From Thermodesulfobacterium commune DSM 2178 (GTDB lineage Bacteria > Desulfobacterota > Thermodesulfobacteria > Thermodesulfobacteriales > Thermodesulfobacteriaceae): DNA of 32,000 bases. Positions 10,109-19,879 of this stretch are shown piece by piece (positions within the stretch are counted from its first letter, which is position 1; every line of letters starts with the position of its first letter). The notes below the pieces were generated by a model. The model did no database searches. It saw only the letters and a program-made list of their open reading frames with translations, and was not told the origin of the DNA. Where the stretch lies: contig NZ_CP008796.1 in NCBI RefSeq assembly GCF_000734015.1, positions 1,732,046 through 1,764,045 of the forward strand, written 5' to 3'. Made by a program: the position numbers and the translations under genes.

Positions 10109-11287
10109 ATGTTTTTACAAGGTCCAAGGTCAAAACTTTTTGTCACCGGTGATCCTGGAGTAGGCAAAACTACCTTAGTCGAAAAGTTGACTAAATATTT
10201 ATCAAAAATAAACCTTCCGTTTAAAATAAGAGGTTTTTTTACCAAAGAAATCAGAGAAAACAGCAAGAGAAAAGGTTTTAAAATCATCGATCCTTTTCTT
10301 TCTAAAGAATTTCTCCTTGCCAAAAGAAAAGACCTTGTTAATCCCTCAGAGTCTATAAACACTTACCATACTGTAGGAAAATATGCGGTGTTTTTAGAGG
10401 GGTTAGAAACACTTCTGGAAGAGTATAAGAAAGATTTGATAGACGGGGCTCAGGTTTTTTGGGTGATAGATGAAGTAGGAAAGATGGAAGCTTTATCTAA
10501 GAGTTTTTGTCATTTTATAGAAAAGCTCTTAGGTTCTTCTTGTTTTTTACTTGCAACCGTAGGCAAAGGAGAAACACCTTTTTTAAAAAAGGTTTTTTCC
10601 TTTGAACCAGCTTTAAGGTGTGAAGTAACCACTGAGAACCGAGATTTTCTGGAAGAAAGACTGAAAATAGAGTTCAAAAGAAAGGGTAAGTTGATAGTTT
10701 TTGAGGGGATAGATGGAGCAGGTAAAACCACCGTTAGTAAGCTTTTGGTAAAAGCTTTAGAGGATCAGGGAGTTTCAGTTTTTTGGGGATGCGAACCTAC
10801 TTCTCAAGGCCCTTATGGTAAAGTTTTACGCGAAAAGCTGCAACAAAGAGAGGCCCATCCGTTAGAGATTAAACAACTTTTTTTGAAAGACCGGGAATGG
10901 AACGTAAAAAATTTTATTTTACCTAAGCTTAAGGAAGGAGCTTGGATAGTTTTAGACAGATATTATCTTTCTACTCTCTCCTATCAAGGAGCTCAAGGGT
11001 TTGACTTAAAAAGCCTTTTTATAAAAAACGAGACCATCGCTCCTTTGCCAGACTTGGTAGTTTACTTAGACCTAACGATAGATGAGGCCTTAAAAAGGCT
11101 TAACTCTACCAGAGACAACCTTACGTTTTTTGAAAAAACCGAGTTTTTAACCAAAGTAAGAGAAAACTACTTAAAAATCCTTCCTTGGTTTAATCACGTA
11201 AAATTAGATGCCACAAAACCTTTAGAGGAAAACCTGAATTATTTGATAGAAACTTTACACCGTAAATTTAAAAGTTCCCTTTCCTAA
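10109..11287 (+). CDS. tmk: Fusion protein: THEP1-like NTPase domain + thymidylate kinase domain
   Basis: 392 aa with two P-loops. The N-terminal half has KLFVTGDPGVGKTTLVEKL, GFFTKEIRE, GKYAV and VIDEVGKMEA (NTPase_1/THEP1 pattern). The C-terminal half has LIVFEGIDGAGKTT, EPT and DRYYLSTLSYQG (dTMP kinase pattern). Confidence 0.75.
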   Translation: MFLQGPRSKLFVTGDPGVGKTTLVEKLTKYLSKINLPFKIRGFFTKEIRENSKRKGFKIIDPFLSKEFLLAKRKDLVNPSESINTYHTVGKYAVFLEGLETLLEEYKKDLIDGAQVFWVIDEVGKMEALSKSFCHFIEKLLGSSCFLLATVGKGETPFLKKVFSFEPALRCEVTTENRDFLEERLKIEFKRKGKLIVFEGIDGAGKTTVSKLLVKALEDQGVSVFWGCEPTSQGPYGKVLREKLQQREAHPLEIKQLFLKDREWNVKNFILPKLKEGAWIVLDRYYLSTLSYQGAQGFDLKSLFIKNETIAPLPDLVVYLDLTIDEALKRLNSTRDNLTFFEKTEFLTKVRENYLKILPWFNHVKLDATKPLEENLNYLIETLHRKFKSSLS

Positions 11288-12241
11288 AATGTCGTGAAGA
11301 TGTAAAATCCCGGTAAGTTTTCCGTCAAAGTCCACAACCGGTAAAACCGTAATCAGATGTTTTTCCATCATTTCTAAGGCTTCGTAAGCTAAGGCATTTT
11401 CTTGTATGGTTTTAGGGTTTTTGGTCATTACTTCTTCTACTTTAAGATTATCTATAGAGCCATACTTTAAAAAAATCCTTCTTAAATCTCCGTCGGTGAT
11501 GATACCTGTAAGAGCATTAAATTGGTTTACGACTAACACGCATCCCAGCCTTTTTTGATCTATTTCTTTTATGGCTTCCTTTAAAAAGGTACCTTGTAAT
11601 ACCTTAGGAATGTTTTCACCGGTAAGCATTATTTCTTTAACCTTAACCTTAAGCCTTTCCCCTAAAGAACCTCCAGGATGATTTTTCCTGAAATCTTCAG
11701 ACCCTAAGCCCTTGATTTCAAACAGGCAAATAGCTAGGGCATCACCTAAGGCTAAACAAGCGGTAGTGCTGGTGGTAGGAGCTAAGTTAAAGGGACAAGC
11801 CTCTTTGGGTACCCTTCCGTTAATCACCACGTCTGAAAGCTGGGCTAACCGGCTATCTAAATTTCCTGTAATACTGATGATTTTTATGTTTCTTTTTTTT
11901 AGTATGGCTACCAACTCACAAACCTCAAGGGTATTCCCTGAATAAGAAAGGGCAAGGACCACATCTTCAGGGGTTACCATCCCAAGGTCTCCATGTAAAG
12001 CCTCTACAGGATGAAGAAAGAAAGCCGGAGTTCCGGTAGAAGAAAGGGTAGCTGCAATTTTCCTTCCTATAATACCACTTTTTCCTACCCCTGTAACTAC
12101 TATTCTTCCTTTAGTTTGTAAGATGATATCTACCGCTTTTACAAAGGAGCTATCAAGATTCTTTATAACTTCTTCTATCCCTAATTTTTCAGTTTCTAAC
12201 ACACTTTTAGCTTTTTCTAAAATCTCTCTTTCTTTTAACAT
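11255..12241 (-). CDS. kdsD: Arabinose-5-phosphate isomerase (KdsD/KpsF family: SIS + 2 CBS)
   Basis: 328 aa. SIS domain with VVTGVGKSGIIGRKIAATLSSTG and HGDLGM; C-terminal tandem CBS domains. The 3' end overlaps the convergent tmk-fusion gene by 33 nt. Confidence 0.85.
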   Translation of the reverse strand: MLKEREILEKAKSVLETEKLGIEEVIKNLDSSFVKAVDIILQTKGRIVVTGVGKSGIIGRKIAATLSSTGTPAFFLHPVEALHGDLGMVTPEDVVLALSYSGNTLEVCELVAILKKRNIKIISITGNLDSRLAQLSDVVINGRVPKEACPFNLAPTTSTTACLALGDALAICLFEIKGLGSEDFRKNHPGGSLGERLKVKVKEIMLTGENIPKVLQGTFLKEAIKEIDQKRLGCVLVVNQFNALTGIITDGDLRRIFLKYGSIDNLKVEEVMTKNPKTIQENALAYEALEMMEKHLITVLPVVDFDGKLTGILHLHDILGKGTFKFTV

Positions 12242-12262
12242 GTGTAAACCTCAGGTGAATTT

Positions 12263-12640
12263 TTAATGAAAAACAGGAGGGTTTATCGGGACTTCAAAAA
12301 GTATTTTTTGTTCTTCAACCCCTACCATTATAGAAAGAAGTTCTAAAACTTTGTTTATCATCCTGGTAATCATTTCTTCTCGATAGAAAAGAGCACTTAA
12401 TTTTTGCTCTATTTCTCCTGAGGGATCTGAAGAAAAATCTTTTTTCGAAAGGTGTTTGTAAAACTGGTAAAAAACTTTTCGCATATTGACCCGTTCTTTT
12501 ATGTTTTTCAAGATCTCTTCAGGTTCAAATGACTTTTGGGTAGATACAAGGTTTTGAAAATATTTTATGTCTTCTTCTTGAAATTGCCAAAAAAGGTCTA
12601 TCCAATCTTCAAGACTGATCACTTTATCTTGATTCTCCAT
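12263..12640 (-). CDS. Hypothetical protein (125 aa)
   Basis: ORF packed between the LysM hydrolase gene and kdsD on the same strand. I recognise no motif. Confidence 0.45.
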   Translation of the reverse strand: MENQDKVISLEDWIDLFWQFQEEDIKYFQNLVSTQKSFEPEEILKNIKERVNMRKVFYQFYKHLSKKDFSSDPSGEIEQKLSALFYREEMITRMINKVLELLSIMVGVEEQKILFEVPINPPVFH

Positions 12641-12681
12641 GAGTTTTAATGTAAAACAAATCCTTAAAAATGCAACCTGGT

Positions 12682-14292
12682 TTAAGACCCTATATCTTCA
12701 GAAAAAGAGGAAAGGTTGAACAAGACAGAGTTTTTAAGTACCCTTTTGGCCCCAACGAACCGGTTTCTGAAATAGTTGCTGTCTAAGGAATCTACAGCAA
12801 GCCCCTTTTTAGTAGAGGAAAAATGCATAAAACGGTTGTTTCCTATGTAAATACCTACATGGTTTATACTCTCAGGCCTTCTGTTTTTAGCAAAGAATAG
12901 TAAATCCCCGGGAATAAGTTCATCTTTAGACACGGAAACCCCTATCCAAAACTGTTCTCTTGAGGTTCTCGGAAGTGCTATTCCTAAACTCTCAAACACC
13001 TTTTTTACAAACATAGAACAGTCCATATATCCGTTGCCATTACCTCCTAACTTATAACGATAATCCTCATATTGTTTGGCTATCTCAATAAACTTGTCTT
13101 GCAATCGTTTTTCATCCTCTTGGTCTAAGAAAGATCTGTTTAAAAAGAAATCAGAAAAGCTGTGAGATTTTGTTTTTTCTTGAAAGGCAACCGCAGGGTT
13201 TTCTAACACAAAAGGTTCATCATCATAGGTGGGGATCTTTAAGGCCTGCCCCACAAAGATTACGTTGTCTTCAAGGTTGTTTAGTTTTTTAATATCCTCG
13301 ATAGGTATACCATACCTTAAAGAGATGTTGTATAAAGTTTCTCCTTCTTTAACCTTATGCCAGATAAAACCTGTGCCTGAAGGAGCTTCTATCTTGGGTA
13401 GGTTAACTTTTTCCTGGACTAAAACCCTTTTTTCTTTTACCTTAATTACCTTGCCTACTCTTAATTTAGTATGACTTAGATGATTAATTCTTTTTAGTTC
13501 TTCTACCGAAACTCCAAACTTTTTAGCGATGCTAAAAAGGGTGTCCCCCTTTTTTACCTTATAGGTTATCCATTGAATTTTCTCTTTTTGTCCTACCTTC
13601 TTGGGAGTAGCAGAGACAACCTCAGTTGAGATAACCCTTGGTGAGTCAACCTCTGGGGAGATAATCTGTGGTGGTTGTGAATCCACTTTTTGTGAAACCT
13701 CTTGTTGGGAACTTTCTACAGTTTTTTGTTCTAAAAATTCTATAGGTTTGTTAGAAGGAATTTTTACTATCAACGATTGTCCTACCTTTAAAGAATGGTC
13801 TGATAGCTGGTTTATTCTTTTTAGTTCTTCTACTGAGACTCCAAACTTTTTAGCGATGCTAAAAAGGGTATCTCCCTTTTTTACTACATAAACAGAAGGA
13901 CTTTCGGGTAAGGAGGTTTGTATTAAGTTTTTTGAGGAAGGAGCGGTTTTTGCTTCTGAGATAGGTTGGGTAGCAACAATCTTTATGGTTTGTCCAGGTT
14001 TTAATTGATGATTTTTAAGCTGATTAATTCTTTTAAGGTCTTCTACCGAGATCCCAAACTTTTTAGCGATACTGTAAAGGGTGTCTCCTTTTTGAATTTT
14101 ATAGGTAATGGGTTTGTTAGAAGTTTTAACAGCTTTTAACGAGGCTGACTTTTTAGTTTTTGAAGGTTTTTTAGAGGTAGTTTTGGTTTTTGCATCAACT
14201 TGATAGGCACCAAAAAGAAAAAAACAACAAACAACCCATAATATGGCTAAAAAAGGATTTTGAAATATTTTAGATTTGTACTGTTTTGACAT
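12682..14292 (-). CDS. Secreted peptidoglycan hydrolase: 4 x LysM + C-terminal NlpC/P60 domain
   Basis: N-terminal signal/TM segment. Four LysM modules (Y.V/IKKGDTL.SIAKKFG.SVEELKRIN.L). C-terminal NlpC/P60 with catalytic MDCSMFV and HVGIYIG. Confidence 0.85.
   Translation of the reverse strand: MSKQYKSKIFQNPFLAILWVVCCFFLFGAYQVDAKTKTTSKKPSKTKKSASLKAVKTSNKPITYKIQKGDTLYSIAKKFGISVEDLKRINQLKNHQLKPGQTIKIVATQPISEAKTAPSSKNLIQTSLPESPSVYVVKKGDTLFSIAKKFGVSVEELKRINQLSDHSLKVGQSLIVKIPSNKPIEFLEQKTVESSQQEVSQKVDSQPPQIISPEVDSPRVISTEVVSATPKKVGQKEKIQWITYKVKKGDTLFSIAKKFGVSVEELKRINHLSHTKLRVGKVIKVKEKRVLVQEKVNLPKIEAPSGTGFIWHKVKEGETLYNISLRYGIPIEDIKKLNNLEDNVIFVGQALKIPTYDDEPFVLENPAVAFQEKTKSHSFSDFFLNRSFLDQEDEKRLQDKFIEIAKQYEDYRYKLGGNGNGYMDCSMFVKKVFESLGIALPRTSREQFWIGVSVSKDELIPGDLLFFAKNRRPESINHVGIYIGNNRFMHFSSTKKGLAVDSLDSNYFRNRFVGAKRVLKNSVLFNLSSFSEDIGS
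13482..14096. repeat. Three ~75-bp near-identical direct repeats (LysM-encoding modules) inside the hydrolase gene
   Basis: Units at about 13482-13558, 13809-13884 and 14020-14096 share ...TTCTTTTTAGTTCTTCTAC.GA.ACTCCAAACTTTTTAGCGATGCTAAAAAGGGT... with only scattered mismatches. Confidence 0.7.
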
Positions 14293-14554
14293 GGCAAAGA
14301 TTTTTTAAAAAGTTTTATAAGAAAAATACCAAAAAATTGGCAAAAGTCAAGTAAAATTTTAAAAAAAGTTCTTTTTAAAGATTTTTGGGTTTTAAAAGCG
14401 TAAAAATTATTTTTTTTATCTTTTTTAAGCTTTTTTTAGGTTGTCTAGTAGTTGTGTTTTAACAAAATCTGTATAAAATTTAAAATAAATAGATTAGGAG
14501 GTTCTAAAGATTAACGTTTTCTTAGATTTTGAGGTTGCTACCAAATTAGAATTA

Positions 14555-15262
14555 TTGAAAAAACTTTATGAACACTTAGAAAACACCTATCAAGCCTGGG
14601 ATCTTTTTTGTAAACCAGGTTGTAACCTTTGCTGCACACAGCGTATTTATGCTACTTCTTTAGAGGCTTACCATCTGTTAGAAAAGATTAGTCCCGAGGT
14701 TTTAACCAGGGTCTCGCATCTCCAAAATTATCCAAGGCCAAAGATTACCCATAACCAGACCCTCCTTTGCTATCTTCAAGGTACAGAGCCCCCTTTAGAG
14801 GATTATCCCCCTCATTTGTCTACGTGTCCTTTTTTAGACGAAAAAGGACTTTGTATGGTTTATCCTTATCGACCTCTTATGTGCAGGATAATGGCTTCAA
14901 CCAAAAGCTGTGAACAGGGAGAGGCATCTTTACCTCCTTTTTTGTTTTACGTTGGGACCCTTGCTTTACAGTTAGCTGAAAATATAGACATTGGGGGGCT
15001 TTATGGGAATCTTTTTGATCTTTTAAAGTTTTTAAAGGATTATAAGGAGGGGCAAGTAGAGGAAGTGCCTCCTTATCTTCTTTCTAACGTAGATGTGGAC
15101 GAGTTACCCGTCCTCCCTGAGGAAAAAGACCTTAGGTCCTGGGTAGGCACACTTTATCGGACCCATGTAACAGAAGAAAAAAGTTTTAGAGAAGTTTTAC
15201 AAGAACTAAGAGAAAAATTTAGAGACAAAAAATCTCTTTCCTTTTTAGAGGAAATTTTTTAA
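14555..15262 (+). CDS. YkgJ/UPF0153-like Cys-cluster (putative Fe-S or Zn) protein
   Basis: 235 aa. N-terminal CKPGCNLCC cluster plus later C..F...GLC..Y..RP..C. The start is uncertain: TTG 14555 lacks a good SD. Confidence 0.55.
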   Translation: MKKLYEHLENTYQAWDLFCKPGCNLCCTQRIYATSLEAYHLLEKISPEVLTRVSHLQNYPRPKITHNQTLLCYLQGTEPPLEDYPPHLSTCPFLDEKGLCMVYPYRPLMCRIMASTKSCEQGEASLPPFLFYVGTLALQLAENIDIGGLYGNLFDLLKFLKDYKEGQVEEVPPYLLSNVDVDELPVLPEEKDLRSWVGTLYRTHVTEEKSFREVLQELREKFRDKKSLSFLEEIF

Positions 15263-15263
15263 C

Positions 15264-16040
15264 ATGTATCAAGGCGAGGTTATAAAAAACCTTCCTCTTT
15301 CTCAGAACGTTTATCTTTTGAGGGTAAAAACAGATTTAGATATAATCTTTAGTTTTAACCCAGGGCAATTTGTCAAAATCAAAATTAACGAAAGGATTGA
15401 CCCTCTTATTCCCAGGCCTTTTACCATACATGATGTAAAAAAGAATAGTTTTTACGTGCTTTACCAGGTAGTGGGAAAAGGGACCAAAGCTTTGTCTTTG
15501 GTTCAACCAGGAAATAAGATTGAGTTTTTAGGTCCCCTTGGGAAACCCTTTCCTAAGCTTGAAAACTATGTAATCTGTGCAGGAGGCATAGGAATAGCAG
15601 GTTTTATCTATCTTTTAGAAAGCATAAAAAGAAAAACCCATCCCTATGTGTTACCCAAGAAAATTTTTTATGGGGCTCGTACAGCAGAAGACCTGGTTTG
15701 TTATCCCTTTTTAGAGGGTATCGGTACTAAGGTAGAGATAGCCACAGAAGACGGCTCACAAGGCTATAAAGGGTTGATTACCGAACCTTTGATAAAGTAT
15801 TTAGAAAAAAACAAGGTAGACGTGCTTGCCTGTGGTCCTTTGCCTATGTTAAAAGCAGTAGCAAAAATAGCCCAAAGTTTTGGGGTAAAGGCCTATCTTA
15901 CTATGGAAACCTTTCTTTCTTGTGGTACAGGTTTTTGTAAAGGCTGTGTAATTCCGCTTAAAAACGGAAATTATGCTCATCTTTGTATAGAGGGCCCTAC
16001 TCTTTTAGCAGAGGAGATTGACTTTGAGGCCCTATCTTAA
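15264..16040 (+). CDS. pyrK: Dihydroorotate dehydrogenase B electron-transfer subunit (PyrK)
   Basis: 258 aa. FAD-binding RPFTI, NAD-binding-type GGIGIAG, C-terminal 2Fe-2S motif CGTGFCKGC. Sits immediately upstream of and overlapping pyrD. Confidence 0.85.
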   Translation: MYQGEVIKNLPLSQNVYLLRVKTDLDIIFSFNPGQFVKIKINERIDPLIPRPFTIHDVKKNSFYVLYQVVGKGTKALSLVQPGNKIEFLGPLGKPFPKLENYVICAGGIGIAGFIYLLESIKRKTHPYVLPKKIFYGARTAEDLVCYPFLEGIGTKVEIATEDGSQGYKGLITEPLIKYLEKNKVDVLACGPLPMLKAVAKIAQSFGVKAYLTMETFLSCGTGFCKGCVIPLKNGNYAHLCIEGPTLLAEEIDFEALS

Positions 16041-16899
16041 AATCAGGAATCTCGAACTTAAAACACCTCTTATGCTGGCTTCAGGTACCTGGGGCCTTGG
16101 AGAAAACTTAGACCTCTATCTTACTAAGGAAGAAATTAAATCTAACATAGGTGCTTTTGTTTCTAAAGGAATCTCTCGTTTTCCTAAGAAAGGCAACCCC
16201 CCTCCTCGTCTTTATGAAACTCCTTGTGGATTGATCAATTCCATAGGGCTTGAAAACCCGGGTTTAGAGGTCTTTAAAAAAGACTATCTCCCTAAGCTTC
16301 TTTCTTACGAGGTGCCACTCATCATTAACCTTCACGGAGAGGAAGTAGAGGACTTTGTAGCCCTTGCTGAAGGTTTTAAGGAAGAAAAGGTAGATGGTAT
16401 AGAGCTTAACATCTCATGCCCTAACGTTAAGAAGGGTGGTCTAGCCTTTTCCTCTGACCCAAAGGGGGTTAAAACCCTGGTAAAAGAGGTCAGAAAGGTT
16501 TGGGAAAGGTTTTTAGCAGTAAAGCTTTCTCCTGTAGGTCCAGTTTATGAAATAGCCGAAATCTGTGAAAAAGAAGGGGTAGATGCTTTAGTAGTAGCCA
16601 ATACTTATCCTGCTTTAGGGGTGATAGGTTTAGCACCTTTAAAGGTTATCAAAGGAGGTCTCTCAGGTCCTGCCATAAAACCTTTAACCTTAAGGTTGGT
16701 ATACGAACTTGCCCAAAAGGTTAAACTCCCTATCATAGGTAGCGGAGGCATCCTTTCTGGAAAGGATGCTTTAGAATACTTGGTTTGCGGTGCTAAAGCC
16801 TTTCAAATAGGGGTTGCCAACTTGATAGACCCCACTTCTGCTGTAAAAATAATTCAAGAGATGGAGGAGCTAAAAAAGAAACATGGCTTATTTGGTTAG
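16018..16899 (+). CDS. pyrD: Dihydroorotate dehydrogenase, class 1B catalytic subunit (PyrD)
   Basis: 293 aa. LKTPLMLASGTWG, IELNISCPNV, GLSGPAIKP, IIGSGGI. TTG start at 16018 (or 16024) overlaps the end of pyrK. Confidence 0.9.
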   Translation: MTLRPYLKIRNLELKTPLMLASGTWGLGENLDLYLTKEEIKSNIGAFVSKGISRFPKKGNPPPRLYETPCGLINSIGLENPGLEVFKKDYLPKLLSYEVPLIINLHGEEVEDFVALAEGFKEEKVDGIELNISCPNVKKGGLAFSSDPKGVKTLVKEVRKVWERFLAVKLSPVGPVYEIAEICEKEGVDALVVANTYPALGVIGLAPLKVIKGGLSGPAIKPLTLRLVYELAQKVKLPIIGSGGILSGKDALEYLVCGAKAFQIGVANLIDPTSAVKIIQEMEELKKKHGLFG

Positions 16900-17755
16900 A
16901 GGGTTACCTGTAGATAAAAATTTTAGGGTCTATGCGGTTTGTTGTAAAGAGATAGTAGAGGAAGCTCGTCGTCTGCAAGGGTTAAGCCCTGTGGCTTCAG
17001 CTGCGTTGGGAAGGGCTTTAGCAGGGGTGGCTTTACTTTCTGCTGACCTGAAGATAGGTAAGGTCCTTTTGCAGATCAAGGGAGACGGTCCACTCGGTGA
17101 GATTTTAGCAGAAGGTGATTATCAGGGATTTTTAAGGGGAACGGTACAAAATCCTCACGTTTATATAGACCCTATCAACCGAAAACTTCCTGTTGGGCTT
17201 GCGGTTGGAAAAAAAGGTTTTATCTCTGTGGTAAAAGATTTAGGGTTGAAAGAGCCTTATTATGGGTCTGTAGAACTGATTTCAGGAGAAATTGCCGAAG
17301 ACTTGGCTTATTATTTAACCGTTTCTGAACAAATCCCATCTGCCGTAAGTTTGGGGGTTTTGGTTGATAGAGACGGAACCATCCTTGCTGCAGGTGGTTT
17401 TTTGGTCCAAAAACTGCCAGAGGCAACCGAGTCTGAATTAGAAGAAATAGAGGCTAAACTTAAAAATTTCCCTCCTGTTACCTCACTTTTATCTTCAGGT
17501 AAAACCCCAGAAGAGATTTTACAGATGATTTTCCCAAACCTTCAAATATTAGAAAAAAGGCCTTTAGCCTGGAGATGTACCTGTTCTGAAAAAAGGGTAG
17601 AAGAGGTTTTGATAGCCATGGGAAGAGGAGAACTTGAGGGTTTTTTAAAAGAAGGAAAGCCTGTCTCTGTTACCTGTGAATTTTGTAAGAAAACTTATCA
17701 TATTTCCTTGGAAAGGGTTAAAGAACTTTTAAAGGAGGTTATGGATGTTTCTTAG
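16883..17755 (+). CDS. hslO: Redox-regulated chaperone Hsp33
   Basis: 290 aa. Hsp33 fold pattern with the C-terminal zinc centre CTC...(27 aa)...CEFC. Confidence 0.9.
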   Translation: MAYLVRGLPVDKNFRVYAVCCKEIVEEARRLQGLSPVASAALGRALAGVALLSADLKIGKVLLQIKGDGPLGEILAEGDYQGFLRGTVQNPHVYIDPINRKLPVGLAVGKKGFISVVKDLGLKEPYYGSVELISGEIAEDLAYYLTVSEQIPSAVSLGVLVDRDGTILAAGGFLVQKLPEATESELEEIEAKLKNFPPVTSLLSSGKTPEEILQMIFPNLQILEKRPLAWRCTCSEKRVEEVLIAMGRGELEGFLKEGKPVSVTCEFCKKTYHISLERVKELLKEVMDVS

Positions 17756-18017
17756 GTTGATACTCTGGTTGGTTTTGATATTGTTGTTGGTTTTCTTTGT
17801 AGTTTTTAACATAGACCCAAAGGTTAATCTACATATTTTCCCTGGGGTTACTTTGGAAAACATCCCTTTAGCCTTAGTCATCATCATAAGTTTTATTTTA
17901 GGGGTACTTTTTGGAATTATGGTTTCGATTACCCAGATGATAAAGCTAAAACTTGAGATAAGAAAACTGCAGAAAAAGGTTGAAGAAAAACATGAAAATC
18001 CTGAACAGACTCTTTGA
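17745..18017 (+). CDS. LapA/DUF1049-like small inner-membrane protein
   Basis: 90 aa: two hydrophobic helices followed by a K/E-rich coiled tail. Overlaps the hslO stop by 11 nt. Confidence 0.55.
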   Translation: MFLRLILWLVLILLLVFFVVFNIDPKVNLHIFPGVTLENIPLALVIIISFILGVLFGIMVSITQMIKLKLEIRKLQKKVEEKHENPEQTL

Positions 18018-19071
18018 GCTTTTAAACGAAGGGGTAAAAAAAGAGGTTTTCCCTGGTGCAGTTGCAGGGGTTTACTATCAACAGAGGCGATACATAGTTG
18101 GGGCTGGTTATCAGGCTTTAACCCCATATACCGAACCTGTAGAAGAAAACACCATCTTTGACCTTGCCTCCCTTACCAAGCCTTTAGCCTTGGTGTTGGG
18201 ATTTTTAGATTGTTTAGCTAAAAACTCCAAGATAGCAGACCTTTTTTCTCCTGTAAAAAATTACCTGGACCTTAAACCTCCTCTTTCTGAAATTCCCGTT
18301 TATCGTTTTTTTAACCATACCTCAGGTCTCAAAGCATGGTACCCTTTTTATCAGGAAATTTTAGAAAAAAGACCAGAAAAGCCCTTAGAATATATAATAA
18401 GAAAAATAGAAGAAATGCCTTTGGAATATACTCCTGGGGAGAAAAGCTTATATTCAGACCTTGGTTACTTTATGTTAACCTATCTCTTAGAAAACTTATC
18501 TGGAGAACCTTTAGAAAAAATCTTTGAACAGGCTAAAAAAAGAATTTCTTTAGGAAAAAAGTCTTTTATAGGTTTTAATCCTCTAAAAAAAGGAATAGAC
18601 CAGGAATATATAGCCCCTACCTCTGTTTGCCCCTGGGGTAAAAAACTATTGAGAGGAGTTGTTGAAGACGAAAACACCCGGGCTTTGGGTGGGGTTTCTG
18701 GGGTAGCAGGGCTATTTGGTAACATCTACGGAGTTCTTGATGTTTTAGAATTTTTGCTAAAGGCTTATCAACAAGAGGAATCGGTTTTTTCTGAGCATTT
18801 AAGAACTTTTGTAAATTTTAGGGAAAAAAATTCTGAATATGCCTTAGGTTTTATGTTGCCCAATCCTAAGGAAAAAGAAATTTTGAAGGATAAAATTTCT
18901 CCTAATACTTTGAGACACACCGGTTTTACCGGGACCTCCTTTTTGATAGACTTTGACCAGGGAATTATCATCGTACTTTTGTCAAACAGGGTGCATCCTA
19001 CCAGGGACAACCTAAAAATAAGGGATTTTAGGCATTATTTTCATCAACAGGTTATGGAAGCCCTTAACTGA
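17980..19071 (+). CDS. Serine hydrolase, beta-lactamase/PBP4*-like family
   Basis: 363 aa with the SxxK active-site motif (ASLTKPLA). TTG 17980 is the track start; ATG 17992 (MKILNRLF...) is an equally plausible start. Confidence 0.8.
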   Translation: MKKNMKILNRLFELLNEGVKKEVFPGAVAGVYYQQRRYIVGAGYQALTPYTEPVEENTIFDLASLTKPLALVLGFLDCLAKNSKIADLFSPVKNYLDLKPPLSEIPVYRFFNHTSGLKAWYPFYQEILEKRPEKPLEYIIRKIEEMPLEYTPGEKSLYSDLGYFMLTYLLENLSGEPLEKIFEQAKKRISLGKKSFIGFNPLKKGIDQEYIAPTSVCPWGKKLLRGVVEDENTRALGGVSGVAGLFGNIYGVLDVLEFLLKAYQQEESVFSEHLRTFVNFREKNSEYALGFMLPNPKEKEILKDKISPNTLRHTGFTGTSFLIDFDQGIIIVLLSNRVHPTRDNLKIRDFRHYFHQQVMEALN

Positions 19072-19879
19072 AAGCTTCGCTTAGTTCTTTACTTCTTAGG
19101 TAAGCCTTATATATGGCCTCGATTACTGTTCCAGGAAATCCCTTTTGGTAAAAAACCTCTAAAGCGGTTATGGTGGTTCCGGCAGGAGAGGTTACCATGG
19201 CTTTGATTTCATAGGGGTTCTTTTTTAGTTTTTTCATCATTTCTACCGAGCCTACAACAGTTGCCAGGGCCAGCTTTTCTGCCAGAGGCCTTGGCAAACC
19301 TGCTCTTACCCCTCCGTCTACTAAAGACTCTATAAACAAAGCTACATAAGCAGGTCCACTTCCTGAAAGAGCAGTTACTGCATCAATCAGCTCTTCTCCT
19401 ACCACCACCGTTTCACCTATGGCAGAAAAAAGCTTTTCTGCCGAAGTTAAGTCCTCTTCAGTAGCAAAGCTTCCCTTGGTTAAAGCACTTATGCTTTTAT
19501 GCACGATGGCACAGGTATTCGGCATAACCCTGATGAGTCTTGTCCCTTGAGGTAATAATTTTTCGTAAAAACTGATCGGAAGTCCTGCAGCGATGGTAAT
19601 TAAAAGATGCTTTTCTATATCGATATGTTCTTTTATCTCTTCCAAAACTTTTTTCATTACCTGCGGTTTTACCGCCAAAATTATTTTTGCACAACCTTTT
19701 AAAACCTTTTCATTTTGGTCTACGGTGTGGACTTTATAGGTAGAGCTCAGGTATTCGCGTCTTTCTGCCACCGGTTCAGAAACAAAAATGTTTTCTGGAC
19801 TAAAAAGTCCTTTGTCTAACAATCCTTTGATGATAGCCTCTGCCATCATTCCCCCGCCGATAAAACCTATCGTAGCCAT
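19064..19879 (-). CDS. proC: Pyrroline-5-carboxylate reductase
   Basis: 271 aa. N-terminal IGFIGGGMMAEAI Rossmann motif and C-terminal SPAGTT motif. Convergent with the hydrolase gene, with an 8-nt overlap. Confidence 0.9.
   Translation of the reverse strand: MATIGFIGGGMMAEAIIKGLLDKGLFSPENIFVSEPVAERREYLSSTYKVHTVDQNEKVLKGCAKIILAVKPQVMKKVLEEIKEHIDIEKHLLITIAAGLPISFYEKLLPQGTRLIRVMPNTCAIVHKSISALTKGSFATEEDLTSAEKLFSAIGETVVVGEELIDAVTALSGSGPAYVALFIESLVDGGVRAGLPRPLAEKLALATVVGSVEMMKKLKKNPYEIKAMVTSPAGTTITALEVFYQKGFPGTVIEAIYKAYLRSKELSEAFS

Noticed and set aside
14495-14557. Alternative start for the YkgJ-like gene: AGGAGG (14495-14500) followed 9 nt later by in-frame ATT 14510
   Set aside because: ATT initiation is very rare and there is no in-frame ATG, GTG or TTG between it and TTG 14555. 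This is left unresolved and not reported as a feature.
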